NCBI GenBank assembly: GCA_049671465.1
Contig: JBATUY010000328.1
Location: 1 to 37,261 of the forward strand
DNA from: Pricia sp.
GTDB lineage: Bacteria > Bacteroidota > Bacteroidia > Flavobacteriales > Flavobacteriaceae
Direction of reading: 5' to 3'
Length of the DNA: 37,261 nt
In this document: in pieces, positions 1-9,396 of the stretch
Numbering within the stretch: position 1 is the stretch's first letter
How the letters are laid out: the number at the start of each line of letters is the position of its first letter
Notes under the pieces: model-generated
Database searches by the model: none
What the model saw: the letters and a program-made list of their open reading frames with translations, nothing else
What the model was told of the DNA's origin: nothing
Translations under genes and position numbers: made by a program

Positions 1-671
1 CGGTAAAGGAATCCGCAGAACGTGTAAACGGCAAGGAAGTCTATCTCATTCACGAACCTATGGCCGCCGCTATCGGTATCGGCCTTGACATCATGCAGCC
101 CAAGGGCAACATGATCGTTGACATCGGAGGAGGAACCACGGAAATCGCGGTTATTGCCTTGGGCGGAATCGTTTGCGACAAATCCGTGAAAATTGCGGGC
201 GACGTCTTTACCAACGATATCATCTATTATATGCGTACGCAGCACAACCTCTACGTAGGCGAAGCTACCGCAGAAAATATTAAAATCGAAATTGGTTCGG
301 CCACCGAAGATCTACAGACCCCGCCGGATGACAAATCCGTACAAGGTCGCGATCTTTTGACCGGTAAACCGAAGCAGGTACAGATATCCTATCGGGAAAT
401 CGCCAAGGCTTTGGACAAATCCATTCTGCGCGTCGAAGATGCCGTCATGGAGACCCTTTCGCAGACACCTCCCGAATTGGCCGCCGATATTTACAATACC
501 GGTATCTATCTCGCAGGCGGTGGATCTATGCTTCGCGGTCTCGACAGAAGGCTATCCCAAAAAACGGACCTTCCCGTATATATCGCGGAAGATCCCTTAC
601 GTGCTGTCGTTCGCGGTACGGGTATTGCTTTGAAGAATCTAGACCGATACAAGAGCATCCTTATCAAATAG
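1..671 (+). CDS. mreB: Rod shape-determining protein MreB (5'-truncated by the window edge)
   Basis: The frame is open from the window start (VKESAERVNGKEVYLIHEPMAAAIG). It has the actin-fold motifs IVDIGGGTTE and LAGGGSML, plus AEDPLRAVVRG, and is followed by mreC/mreD. Confidence 0.97.
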   Translation, partial: VKESAERVNGKEVYLIHEPMAAAIGIGLDIMQPKGNMIVDIGGGTTEIAVIALGGIVCDKSVKIAGDVFTNDIIYYMRTQHNLYVGEATAENIKIEIGSATEDLQTPPDDKSVQGRDLLTGKPKQVQISYREIAKALDKSILRVEDAVMETLSQTPPELAADIYNTGIYLAGGGSMLRGLDRRLSQKTDLPVYIAEDPLRAVVRGTGIALKNLDRYKSILIK

Positions 672-715
672 AAGGACGGCCGACGGGTGACCAAAAATCT
701 TAACTAGTACGGGGC

Positions 716-1537
716 ATGCAGCAGATCATCAACTTTATCGTTCGATATAAGAACTTTCTTCTTTATATCTTCCTGATGATCGTATCCATCGGCTTTACCA
801 TACAATCGCATTCGTACCACCAATCCCGTTTTTTCAACTCCTCGAACTGGCTCACCGGCAATATTCTGGAAGCCTCGAATAACGTTTCGACCTATTTCGG
901 ACTCGATACCGAGAACCAAAAATTAATGGAGGAGAACAAGCGTTTACGAGACCTACTTTTCAATATTAAGCCACCCGACTCCATTGTTCTCGATTCGACC
1001 CAACGTACGTATACGATTACGACCGGACGCGTTATCAAAAACAGTTTTGCGCAGCCCCGCAATTATATTACCATCGATAAAGGGGAGAAAGACAGCGTTC
1101 GGGGCGATATGGGGGTCATCACCAGCAAAGGCATCTTGGGTATCGTGGAAAACACCTCGAATAACTTTGCCACGGTTCAGAGCATACTCAACGAACAATC
1201 GAATATTAACGCCAAAATAAAGAATACCGACCACTTCGGTTCGCTGGTGTGGGATATGAAACGCTATGATGTGGTACAGCTCATCGATATTCCCCGCTTG
1301 GTCAAACTTACCGTAGGCGATACTATCGTAACCGGGGGTATGAGCAGTATATTCCCTGAAGGCATTCCCGTGGGTACCATACGCAAATTCGACCTCAATA
1401 GTTCGAACAGTTTTTACAGCATCGATGTGGCGCTCTTTAACGATATGACCAACATCAAGAACGTGTACATCGTAAACAACGAATTCCGCGAAGAAATACA
1501 AGAATTGGAAAACCAGACCGAGCCCAATGATCAGTAA
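716..1537 (+). CDS. mreC: Rod shape-determining protein MreC
   Basis: N-terminal TM helix, coiled coil (NQKLMEENKRL), ITIDKGEKDSVRGDMGVI and GDTIVTGGMSSIFPEGIPVG motifs; lies between mreB and mreD. Confidence 0.95.
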   Translation: MQQIINFIVRYKNFLLYIFLMIVSIGFTIQSHSYHQSRFFNSSNWLTGNILEASNNVSTYFGLDTENQKLMEENKRLRDLLFNIKPPDSIVLDSTQRTYTITTGRVIKNSFAQPRNYITIDKGEKDSVRGDMGVITSKGILGIVENTSNNFATVQSILNEQSNINAKIKNTDHFGSLVWDMKRYDVVQLIDIPRLVKLTVGDTIVTGGMSSIFPEGIPVGTIRKFDLNSSNSFYSIDVALFNDMTNIKNVYIVNNEFREEIQELENQTEPNDQ

Positions 1538-2036
1538 CTCGTACTTTTTGAACGTGATCCGCTTTATACTGCTCGTGTTGGTGCAGGTCTTGGTGTTCAA
1601 CCGTCTCAATTTTTTCGGGTTCATCAACCCGATGGTCTATATTTTGTTTTTGTACTGGTATCCGATTAAGGAGAACAGGGCGGCGTTTATCGGGCTTGCA
1701 TTTTTGCTGGGCATATCGATAGACTTCTTTTCCGATTCCATGGCGCTTCATGCCGCGTCGACCTTGACCATCGCCTACATGCGCCCGGCGATTATGCGTT
1801 TTGTGTTCGGGGTCAACTTCGAGTTTCAGAGTTTTAAGTTAAGTAACACCACTCGTATACAACAAATTACGTTTTTGACGTTATTGATTGTAGTGCATCA
1901 TTTGGTCTTCTTTACGCTTGAAATTTTTAGTTTGGCGAATTTCCTATTAATTTTGAAGAAAGTATTGGCGACCGGTGCGGTAACCCTTGTGCTTTGCTTA
2001 CTGTTCGGCTCACTTTTCAGTGTCAGAAAAGAGTGA
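1527..2036 (+). CDS. mreD: Rod shape-determining protein MreD
   Basis: 169-aa hydrophobic multi-TM protein overlapping the mreC stop, upstream of PBP2. Confidence 0.9.
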   Translation: MISNSYFLNVIRFILLVLVQVLVFNRLNFFGFINPMVYILFLYWYPIKENRAAFIGLAFLLGISIDFFSDSMALHAASTLTIAYMRPAIMRFVFGVNFEFQSFKLSNTTRIQQITFLTLLIVVHHLVFFTLEIFSLANFLLILKKVLATGAVTLVLCLLFGSLFSVRKE

Positions 2037-2161
2037 GAGATACGGGGCTTAGGCCTCGGGGACTTTCTGGAATTGAGAAAAAGCACGAAATGGGCAGTTT
2101 GACTTTTGACCTACTTTGAGACAAATCGAATCAGCGTCACAACCCTAAAACAAACCTTTAG

Positions 2162-4072
2162 TTGAAAAAACTACTCCTATCTTCCATTATCATCATCATC
2201 GGTATCACGTTTATCGGTAGGCTTTCATACCTACAGATATTCAGTTTTTCGCCGGACCAGGTGTTGGAAGACCCTGCCATAAAGCGCGTGTACGACTACC
2301 CCGAGCGCGGGTATATCTATGACCGTAACGACAAGCTTTTGGTGGGCAACGATCCTGCTTACGACGTAATGGTAATTCCGCGGGAGGTACGGGAGCTCGA
2401 TACGTTGGAGTTCTGCGGATTACTGGGGATAAAAAAGAAAAAATTCATTAAAGAACTTCGAAAGGCGAGGATATATTCCCCCAGGCTTCCCTCTGTATTC
2501 GTGCCCCAATTGTCAAAACAGGATTATGCCAAGCTGCAGGAAAAAATGCGTCATTATCAGGGCTTTTACATCCAAAAAAGATCCCTTAGATATTATGACA
2601 CCAACAGTGCGGCCAATGTGCTGGGCTATATTAGCGAGGTGAACGAACGCGATTTGGCCAAAAATCCGTACTACGTACAAGGCGAACTGACCGGCCGTAC
2701 CGGGGTAGAAAAGCAATATGAAGATATTTTAAGGGGAAGAAAAGGGGTTCAATACATTCAAAAGGACCGGTACAACCGGGATATTGGAAAATACAAAAAT
2801 GGAATCTTGGATACCTTGCCCGAACAAGGCCTCGAACTTAACGTAACCATAGATAAGGTGCTACAGGAGTATGGAGAACGATTGATGCACGGTAAGCGGG
2901 GCGGTATCGTAGCGCTCGAACCTGGCACTGGAGAAATTCTTTCGATGATATCGGGGCCTACCTATGACCCGGCACTTTTAGTGGGCAGGGAACGGTCAAA
3001 AAATTACAGCAAACTGCATTATGACAGCATTGCCAGACCGACCTGGGACCGCTCGATCTTGGCCGAACCCTCGCCCGGATCTCCTTTTAAGACCATGAAC
3101 GCACTCGTAGCCTTGCAAGAAGGGGTTATCGATCCCAGTACCAGTGTGCGCTGTTATAACGGATTTTACGTGGGAAAGAAAAAAAGGGGATGCCATTGTG
3201 GGGGCGGCATGCGCAACCTGAACAGTGGCATCTATGAGTCATGCAACGCTTACTTTGCCAACGCCTTTCGGAAAATCTAAGAAAAATACGAAACGACGGT
3301 CGAAGGCATGGATGTCTGGGAGAAGCACATGAAAAGTTTTGGCCTAGGGGAATATTTGGGATACGACCTGCCGACAGGAAGAAAAGGAAGAATACCGAGT
3401 AAGGAATATTATGATAGATGGTACGGCGATAACCGTTGGTCATCATCCTATATTATTTCAAATTCCATCGGCCAGGGCGAAGTGGCCGCCACACCGATTC
3501 AGTTGGCCAACATGACGGCCGCCATTGCCAATCGGGGCTTTTATTATACCCCGCATATCCTAAAAAAAATAGACGGCAAAAACATAAGCATTCCCGATTA
3601 TGTAGAACCCAAGCATACCACCATCGACAAGCGTCATTTCGAACCTGTCATTCAGGGTATGGCCGATGTCTACAATGAAGGAACCGCAAAATGGCTACAG
3701 ATACCCGATATCAGCATAGCCGGAAAGACCGGTACGGTTGAGAACTACACCAAAATCGACAGCGTACGGGTGCAACTGACCGACCATTCGGTCTTTGTGG
3801 CTTTCGCACCGGTAGAAGACCCTAAAATCGCCATCGCCGTATATATCGAAAATGGATATTATGGCTCGCGGTACGCCGGCCACATCGCCTCATTGATGAT
3901 CGAAAAATACCTCAAGGGCGAGATTACCCGTACCGACCTCGAAAAAAGGATGCTCGAACGTACCCTACAACGTGAGTATGCCAAGCCCTACAGCGGTAAG
4001 GAATTTAAGATCAACGAATACGATTGGAGCCAAGATGCCATCAAGCATCAAGAAGAGGACCCCTCAATATAA
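2162..4072 (+). pseudogene. mrdA: Penicillin-binding protein 2, interrupted by one in-frame stop (TAA 3278-3280)
   Basis: ORFs 2162-3280 and 3308-4072 share a frame and read continuously as ...YFANAFRKI*EKYETTVEGMDVWEKH.... The 5' part carries the TM anchor, dimerisation domain (PERGYIYDRN), SxxK (SPFK) and SxN (SCN). The 3' part carries IGQGE and KTG (AGKTGT). The stop may be a real nonsense allele or a sequence error. Confidence 0.9.
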
Positions 4073-4078
4073 CCGATT

Positions 4079-5362
4079 ATGTCCGGCAAAAGCGTCCTTA
4101 AACGTATCGATTGGCTGAGCGTATTGTTCTACCTGCTACTGGTCACCATCGGTTGGGTAAACATCTATTCGAGTACGTTTACCGAAAACGATGCCTCGAT
4201 TTTCGATTTCGGTACCCTGCACGGTAAGCAACTTTTTTTCATTCTGGCCAGCTTCGCTTCGGTAGTCATTCTACTCGCCTTGGAAGCCAGTTTCTACGAA
4301 CGTTTTTCCAGTGTGTTCTATATAGTATCCATGATATCGCTGCTCGGCCTTTTCGTTTTCGGAAAGACCATCTCGGGCGCGACGTCTTGGTACGACCTTG
4401 GCTTTTTCAATTTACAGCCAGCCGAATTCGCCAAAGTGGCCACGGCCTTGGCCTTAGCCAAATACTTGAGCGATATACAGACCGATATCAAGCGCACCAA
4501 AGATCAGCTCTACGCCTTTGTAATCATTTTGATTCCCGCCATATTGATCATTCCGCAACCGGATCCGGGCAGCGCCTTGGTATTTTTTTCGCTTTCTTTC
4601 GTGATATTCAGGGAAGGTCTACCGGTCTATTATCTGGGCATAGCCCTCTTCGCCGTTCTTATCTTTGTATTGACATTGATGTTCGGTACGATTTGGATCG
4701 CCATCGGACTTTCCCTGATCGTACTCGTTTTTCTTTTGCTAAAGAAGAAAAAATTCAAAGTGCCGATTTTACCGCTCGTTACGACCCTCATCGTCACCAT
4801 ACTCTTTTCGTTGTCCGTCGATTTCGTTTTTGACAATGTATTCGAACAACGCCATCGCGACCGTTTCTCGTTGTGGCTCCGACTGGAAAAAGATCCTGCC
4901 AAGCTTGAACAGATTCAAAAAACCATCGGCTACAACTCCTATCAATCGGAAAAGGCCATCGAATCAGGGGGGTTTTTTGGAAAAGGCTTTTTAGAGGGTA
5001 CCCGTACAAAAGGTAATTTCGTGCCTGAACAACACTCCGATTACATCTTTACTACGGTCGGCGAAGAATGGGGTTTTATCGGTACTGTGACGGTTGTCTT
5101 ACTGTTTACGATGCTACTATTGCGATTGATATTTCTCGCCGAAAGACAAAAGAATGCTTTCAGCCGAATGTACGGCTATGGGGTCATCTCGATTCTTTTA
5201 GTACATTATTTCATCAACATCGGCATGGTCATCGGCATACTGCCCACCGTGGGTATACCCCTGCCCCTATTCAGCTATGGAGGGTCGGGCATGCTGTTTT
5301 TCACTATGCTGCTCTTTATTTTTATTAAGTTGGATGCGAATCGGCTGAAGGAAGGAATCTGA
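4079..5362 (+). CDS. rodA: Rod shape-determining protein RodA (SEDS peptidoglycan glycosyltransferase)
   Basis: Multi-TM protein with QPAEFAK, QPDPGSA, PEQHSDYIF, GEEWGF and GIPLPLFSYGGS motifs; follows mrdA. Confidence 0.96.
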   Translation: MSGKSVLKRIDWLSVLFYLLLVTIGWVNIYSSTFTENDASIFDFGTLHGKQLFFILASFASVVILLALEASFYERFSSVFYIVSMISLLGLFVFGKTISGATSWYDLGFFNLQPAEFAKVATALALAKYLSDIQTDIKRTKDQLYAFVIILIPAILIIPQPDPGSALVFFSLSFVIFREGLPVYYLGIALFAVLIFVLTLMFGTIWIAIGLSLIVLVFLLLKKKKFKVPILPLVTTLIVTILFSLSVDFVFDNVFEQRHRDRFSLWLRLEKDPAKLEQIQKTIGYNSYQSEKAIESGGFFGKGFLEGTRTKGNFVPEQHSDYIFTTVGEEWGFIGTVTVVLLFTMLLLRLIFLAERQKNAFSRMYGYGVISILLVHYFINIGMVIGILPTVGIPLPLFSYGGSGMLFFTMLLFIFIKLDANRLKEGI

Positions 5363-5425
5363 AAATAAAATTCAAAAAATGTATTGGAATTTGGTACTCC
5401 GCCCTGAAACTTGGGGAAATATCTA

Positions 5426-6226
5426 TCAGAATTGCCAATCCCCCGCCACTATCTTACTTTCCAATCTGGCTTCCAGCTCGTCCGGAAGGTTCTCAAAAAA
5501 ATCGATACCCGTCCGTTTTTCGATCTCGTCGACGGAAACCGTGAATTGACGTAGCGGTTTTGTACTTTCCTGTCCCAAAAACAAAAATGCCAAAACTTCG
5601 GGGTCGTTAGGTGCTCCTTTAGCGATGATTTTGTAGTAATATCGGGGCACATCGACGTCCTCATCACCGATTTCCGGTAAATTGGGTTCTAGAACCCCTC
5701 CGGTTACTACGAAGAGCTCATCATAGCGACGGGCCCAGTCGCGTACCTGTTGCTCAAGCCGGTTCCAGACGCCCGCATTGAAATCACGGTCTTGCGGACT
5801 GATATTGCTTGTATAGAAGGTTTCGTTGTAGGCCTGCTCAGAAAAACGTCGGTCGCCCGCCGGGCACAGATGCCCCCTATCGTACCCCGAGCCCTTGTAA
5901 TTACGCCAGTCAGCGGATTTCGTCTTCACCTTGGGATCTTCGATGAAAAAAGGACGTTTTCGCTGGTCATTGGTCAACTGGTCTTTCCTTAGCATATATG
6001 CCACCCATTCGGCCTGTTCGAAAGGTTCGTTATACGATAGGCTATAGTAGCTATGCTCGACGACAGCATCCGTTGTAGAACTAGGCATAAAATTCAGGGG
6101 AATATCCATTTTTAAGCCTGTACTTTCTGAATCGGAATACGTATCCGGCGTGTAAAAATTCTCAAAAAGCCAGAATCCGACGATACAGACTATAAGCAAA
6201 ACGGAGTATATTGTTTTCTTTTTCAT
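5426..6226 (-). CDS. DNA/RNA non-specific endonuclease (NucA/EndA-like) with N-terminal membrane anchor
   Basis: YDRGHLCPA active-site motif, SNISPQ, FNAGVWNRLE and VPRYYYK; hydrophobic N-terminus. Confidence 0.92.
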   Translation of the reverse strand: MKKKTIYSVLLIVCIVGFWLFENFYTPDTYSDSESTGLKMDIPLNFMPSSTTDAVVEHSYYSLSYNEPFEQAEWVAYMLRKDQLTNDQRKRPFFIEDPKVKTKSADWRNYKGSGYDRGHLCPAGDRRFSEQAYNETFYTSNISPQDRDFNAGVWNRLEQQVRDWARRYDELFVVTGGVLEPNLPEIGDEDVDVPRYYYKIIAKGAPNDPEVLAFLFLGQESTKPLRQFTVSVDEIEKRTGIDFFENLPDELEARLESKIVAGDWQF

Positions 6227-6397
6227 TGTCGATATGTAATACGATTTTACGGTAACCGCATACCTTCAGGTTTCTTAGTTCGAATTCAAACCATCCCATT
6301 TAATCAAGAATACCCAATTTAAGGTTTACACGAAAGAAAACATCCAACTTTCACGTAATTATAAGATAGTTCCGGGCTGCCTTTCCGACGTATACCT

Positions 6398-6405
6398 TAT
6401 CTTCG
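6398..6405 (+). promoter_or_regulatory. Putative Bacteroidota -7 promoter element for msrB (TATCTTCG)
   Basis: One mismatch to the TAnnTTTG consensus, about 20 bp upstream of the msrB ATG. Confidence 0.4.
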
Positions 6406-6424
6406 AAAGACTAAAAAAATAATT

Positions 6425-6889
6425 ATGCTTACTTGGAAAGACATTATACATTTCAGTACAAAAGGCAACCCCGAGCCAGACCGAAGGGTTGAAAAAACAG
6501 AGGACGAATGGCGGAAAATCTTGACCCCGGAACAATTTCGAATTACCCGGAAAAAAGGGACCGAGGCACCGCATTCAGGTGCCTACTGCGCAGCACATGA
6601 GGCCGGAAAATATAACTGTATTTGTTGCGACACGCCCCTATTCGATTCTTCGATCAAGTTCGAATCCGGCACCGGATGGCCCAGTTTTCATCAGCCCATT
6701 AAAGAAAATGCCGTCAAATATATAAAGGACACCTCATTTGGAATGATTCGTGTCGAGGCCCTTTGCAATACTTGTGACGCGCATTTAGGCCACGTCTTTC
6801 AAGATGGCCCGCCACCAAGTGGATTGCGCTACTGTATGAACTCGGAGTCCCTGAAACTACAGGAGGAAAAAGTGGCAAGTAAACCATAA
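6425..6889 (+). CDS. msrB: Peptide-methionine (R)-S-oxide reductase MsrB (Zn-binding type)
   Basis: KFESGTGWPSF, AHLGHVFQDGP and GLRYCMNS motifs, with two CxxC pairs (CICC, CNTC). Confidence 0.96.
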   Translation: MLTWKDIIHFSTKGNPEPDRRVEKTEDEWRKILTPEQFRITRKKGTEAPHSGAYCAAHEAGKYNCICCDTPLFDSSIKFESGTGWPSFHQPIKENAVKYIKDTSFGMIRVEALCNTCDAHLGHVFQDGPPPSGLRYCMNSESLKLQEEKVASKP

Positions 6890-7334
6890 TCGAAATGAAC
6901 TACAATGGTTTCCGTTGGGATGTATGCCGAACGCCGCCGAGGCAGTGAAGGTAGCCTTTGAGACCTCGTCGAAATACAGTTATACACCCATAAAAGCACG
7001 TGCACGGGTAATCGTGTCATGCGGTAAAAATACCGTTCGGCGGTATATTCGTTTTCTGACGTGTAGTGATTTGAATCATAGGAAACCGTAAGACCGTTAC
7101 TACCAAATTTTGAAAAACTTTTACTTACCAAGGTTCTTCCTTTTGTTGCGTTCAAACCATCCGGAGCGCAGTTTTCAAATTACTATTATAAAGATTCACA
7201 GATACCATTTTGCAAAAGCTAGTACGTTTTGTACAGCATTTCTTACCATCGGTACAAAAGTGAAATCAAACGTACAGTTCTTAGGTTAGTTTTATGCTCT
7301 AAACGAAAATAAAATTCAACTTAAAACTATTCGT

Positions 7335-8033
7335 ATGAAAACCAGAATCATATACACCATTTTATGTCCGCTTTTGCTCTGTTTCCTATTTTCCAGTTGC
7401 GGACCCTTGATTTTCAAGGCAAATTTTGACGCCGATACCGTTGGCGATCCACCGAATCCAAATCCGCCTGGCGACCCCTCCGATGATGAAATAAAAGGTA
7501 ACTGCGGCATTCGCGTCGTTAATAGTAGCATATTGGACTCAAACGCTATGCGTTTTTTCAATGAACCCAACTGTGCTGTCGGCCTTATGTGGTTCGAATC
7601 AGGGAATGTGGCTACCTCAAACAAGTTTCTGAACTATACATTTATAGGCTATCCGGAAAGTACCTCTCACAGAAAATTCACGCTCAGTTTCGCTGGCGGA
7701 CATTTTAGACCTGCATTTACCATCCTCTACGATGGTGGTACTATGTATCTTACCGACGGAACATATACCAATCACAACATCGGAAATTACACGGCCAATC
7801 AAAAGCAAACATTTTTGGTGGGTATCAATCGAGAAACCAATACCTATTCGGTAACTATAGCAAGAGCAGGTACCTCGAATATTCAATTGAGTGACCGTCC
7901 GGTAAAGGAAGCTACCTTTTGGGGCCAGTCGGCCTACATCCTTAACGCTTTTTACGACCCCGACGACACCAATTCATCGACCAATGGGTTTGTCTTCGAT
8001 TCCATCACGATAAATAAGGAGAAGGTGGAGTAA
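7335..8033 (+). CDS. Hypothetical lipoprotein, beta-strand rich
   Basis: 232-aa ORF with a signal peptide ending in lipobox FSS-C, a Pro-rich segment (DPPNPNPPGDP), an AT-rich leader and its own terminator. No family recognised. Confidence 0.8.
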   Translation: MKTRIIYTILCPLLLCFLFSSCGPLIFKANFDADTVGDPPNPNPPGDPSDDEIKGNCGIRVVNSSILDSNAMRFFNEPNCAVGLMWFESGNVATSNKFLNYTFIGYPESTSHRKFTLSFAGGHFRPAFTILYDGGTMYLTDGTYTNHNIGNYTANQKQTFLVGINRETNTYSVTIARAGTSNIQLSDRPVKEATFWGQSAYILNAFYDPDDTNSSTNGFVFDSITINKEKVE

Positions 8034-8056
8034 TCTACAGTAACCAAAACCAACCA

Positions 8057-8088
8057 AAGGGCCGTCTTAAAAAAGGACGGCCTTTTTT
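8057..8088 (+). terminator. Rho-independent terminator after the orphan lipoprotein
   Basis: Stem GGCCGTC (8060-8066) / GACGGCC (8076-8082) followed by TTTTTT. Confidence 0.85.
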
Positions 8089-8552
8089 ACGTTTAGCTAT
8101 GGCCTAAGCTAGTTCAAAACTATACGTTGAAACAAATTCAATGATCAAATAAACACTATTTCAAACGTCATACAGATTGTGCCGGTTTTCAAATTCCGGA
8201 CAACACTGTAGCGAATACTTCTTATTTCCATTAGGTTAGACGTTATTCTAATTTGTAAATATCCTAAAAATTCAAAACGACCCAGGCACTAACTTTGATT
8301 GGAAACCAGTCAGTTTTGGATATTTCTCCCTTGGAGATAATTTTACGGACAAAAAGCATTTCTGCGGTGAATTCTTCGAAATGGCCCAAAGTAAGGTATG
8401 ATATCGAGTAGACGTCAAAGGAGTAAAGAAAAGTAGACCATACGTGTTTTGAGGAACTCAAAGAAAAGCGGAAAGAAACTTTAGAACTTATTAAAAAACG
8501 CCTAAATTGGAATGCTTCTTTAAAAGATAACTTTATCATCTAAAAACACAAC

Positions 8553-9377
8553 ATGAAAACAATAGTTTTGACGGGCGCCGGTGGCGTACTCTGTAGCACC
8601 TTGGCCGAAGCCTTGGCTAAAGAGGGACATAAGATAGCCGTGCTCGATCTGAAAAAAGAAGCTGCCGATAAGGTGGCCGATACTATAAACGCTTCTGGCG
8701 GAACCGCTATCGGCGTAGTCGCCAATGTTCTTGAAAAAGCATCCTTGGAAAACGCTAAAAAAGAGGTCAACGACAATCTGGGCCCATGCGACATCTTGAT
8801 CAATGGTGCCGGGGGAAATCATCCTTTGGGCACTACCAGCAATCCGTTTTTGGAGGAAGCCGACCTAGAGAATACCACCGAAGGCTTCAAAACCTTCTTC
8901 GACCTTGATACCGAGGGTATTCAATTTACGTTCAACCTCAACTTTATTGGTACGCTCTTACCGACCCAAGTATTTGCCGCGGATATGGTAGGAAGGGCCG
9001 GATGCAGTATTCTGAATATCTCTTCCATGAACGCCTTTACACCCTTGACCAAAATACCGGCCTATAGCGGTGCGAAGGCCGCAGTATCCAATTTTACCCA
9101 ATGGCTTTCGGTACATTTTTCAAAAGTGGGTATCCGTGTGAACGCTTTGGCACCCGGTTTCTTTCTGACCGATCAGAATCGGGCTTTATTGACCGAAAGC
9201 GACGGTTCGTTGACCTCACGCGGGAATACCATTATCGGCCAGACCCCTATGGGGCGTTTCGGCACACCTGAAGACCTTATCGGAACCACCTTATGGCTTT
9301 GCGGGGAAGGTGCAGCTTTTGTAACCGGGGTCGTAGTGCCGGTCGATGGTGGCTTTAGTGCATTTAGCGGCGTATAA
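8553..9377 (+). CDS. uxuB: SDR-family oxidoreductase, probable D-mannonate oxidoreductase (SDR-type UxuB)
   Basis: Rossmann motif [20 protein letters not shown], YxxxK (YSGAK) and [11 protein letters not shown]; directly upstream of uxuA. Confidence 0.82.
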   Translation: MKTIVLTGAGGVLCSTLAEALAKEGHKIAVLDLKKEAADKVADTINASGGTAIGVVANVLEKASLENAKKEVNDNLGPCDILINGAGGNHPLGTTSNPFLEEADLENTTEGFKTFFDLDTEGIQFTFNLNFIGTLLPTQVFAADMVGRAGCSILNISSMNAFTPLTKIPAYSGAKAAVSNFTQWLSVHFSKVGIRVNALAPGFFLTDQNRALLTESDGSLTSRGNTIIGQTPMGRFGTPEDLIGTTLWLCGEGAAFVTGVVVPVDGGFSAFSGV

Positions 9378-9396
9378 CAGAAAAAACAAGAATACA

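Noticed and set aside
953..1627. 224-aa antisense ORF over mreC, and the many other 60-150-aa shadow ORFs over core genes
   Set aside because: They lie opposite or out of frame with clearly identified genes, show no motifs, and are expected from codon bias of the real strand.
6338..6351. 14-bp exact match AAACATCCAACTTT shared with 37050-37063, both intergenic
   Set aside because: A few AT-rich 14-mer matches are expected by chance in 37 kb. The match has no symmetry and does not extend.
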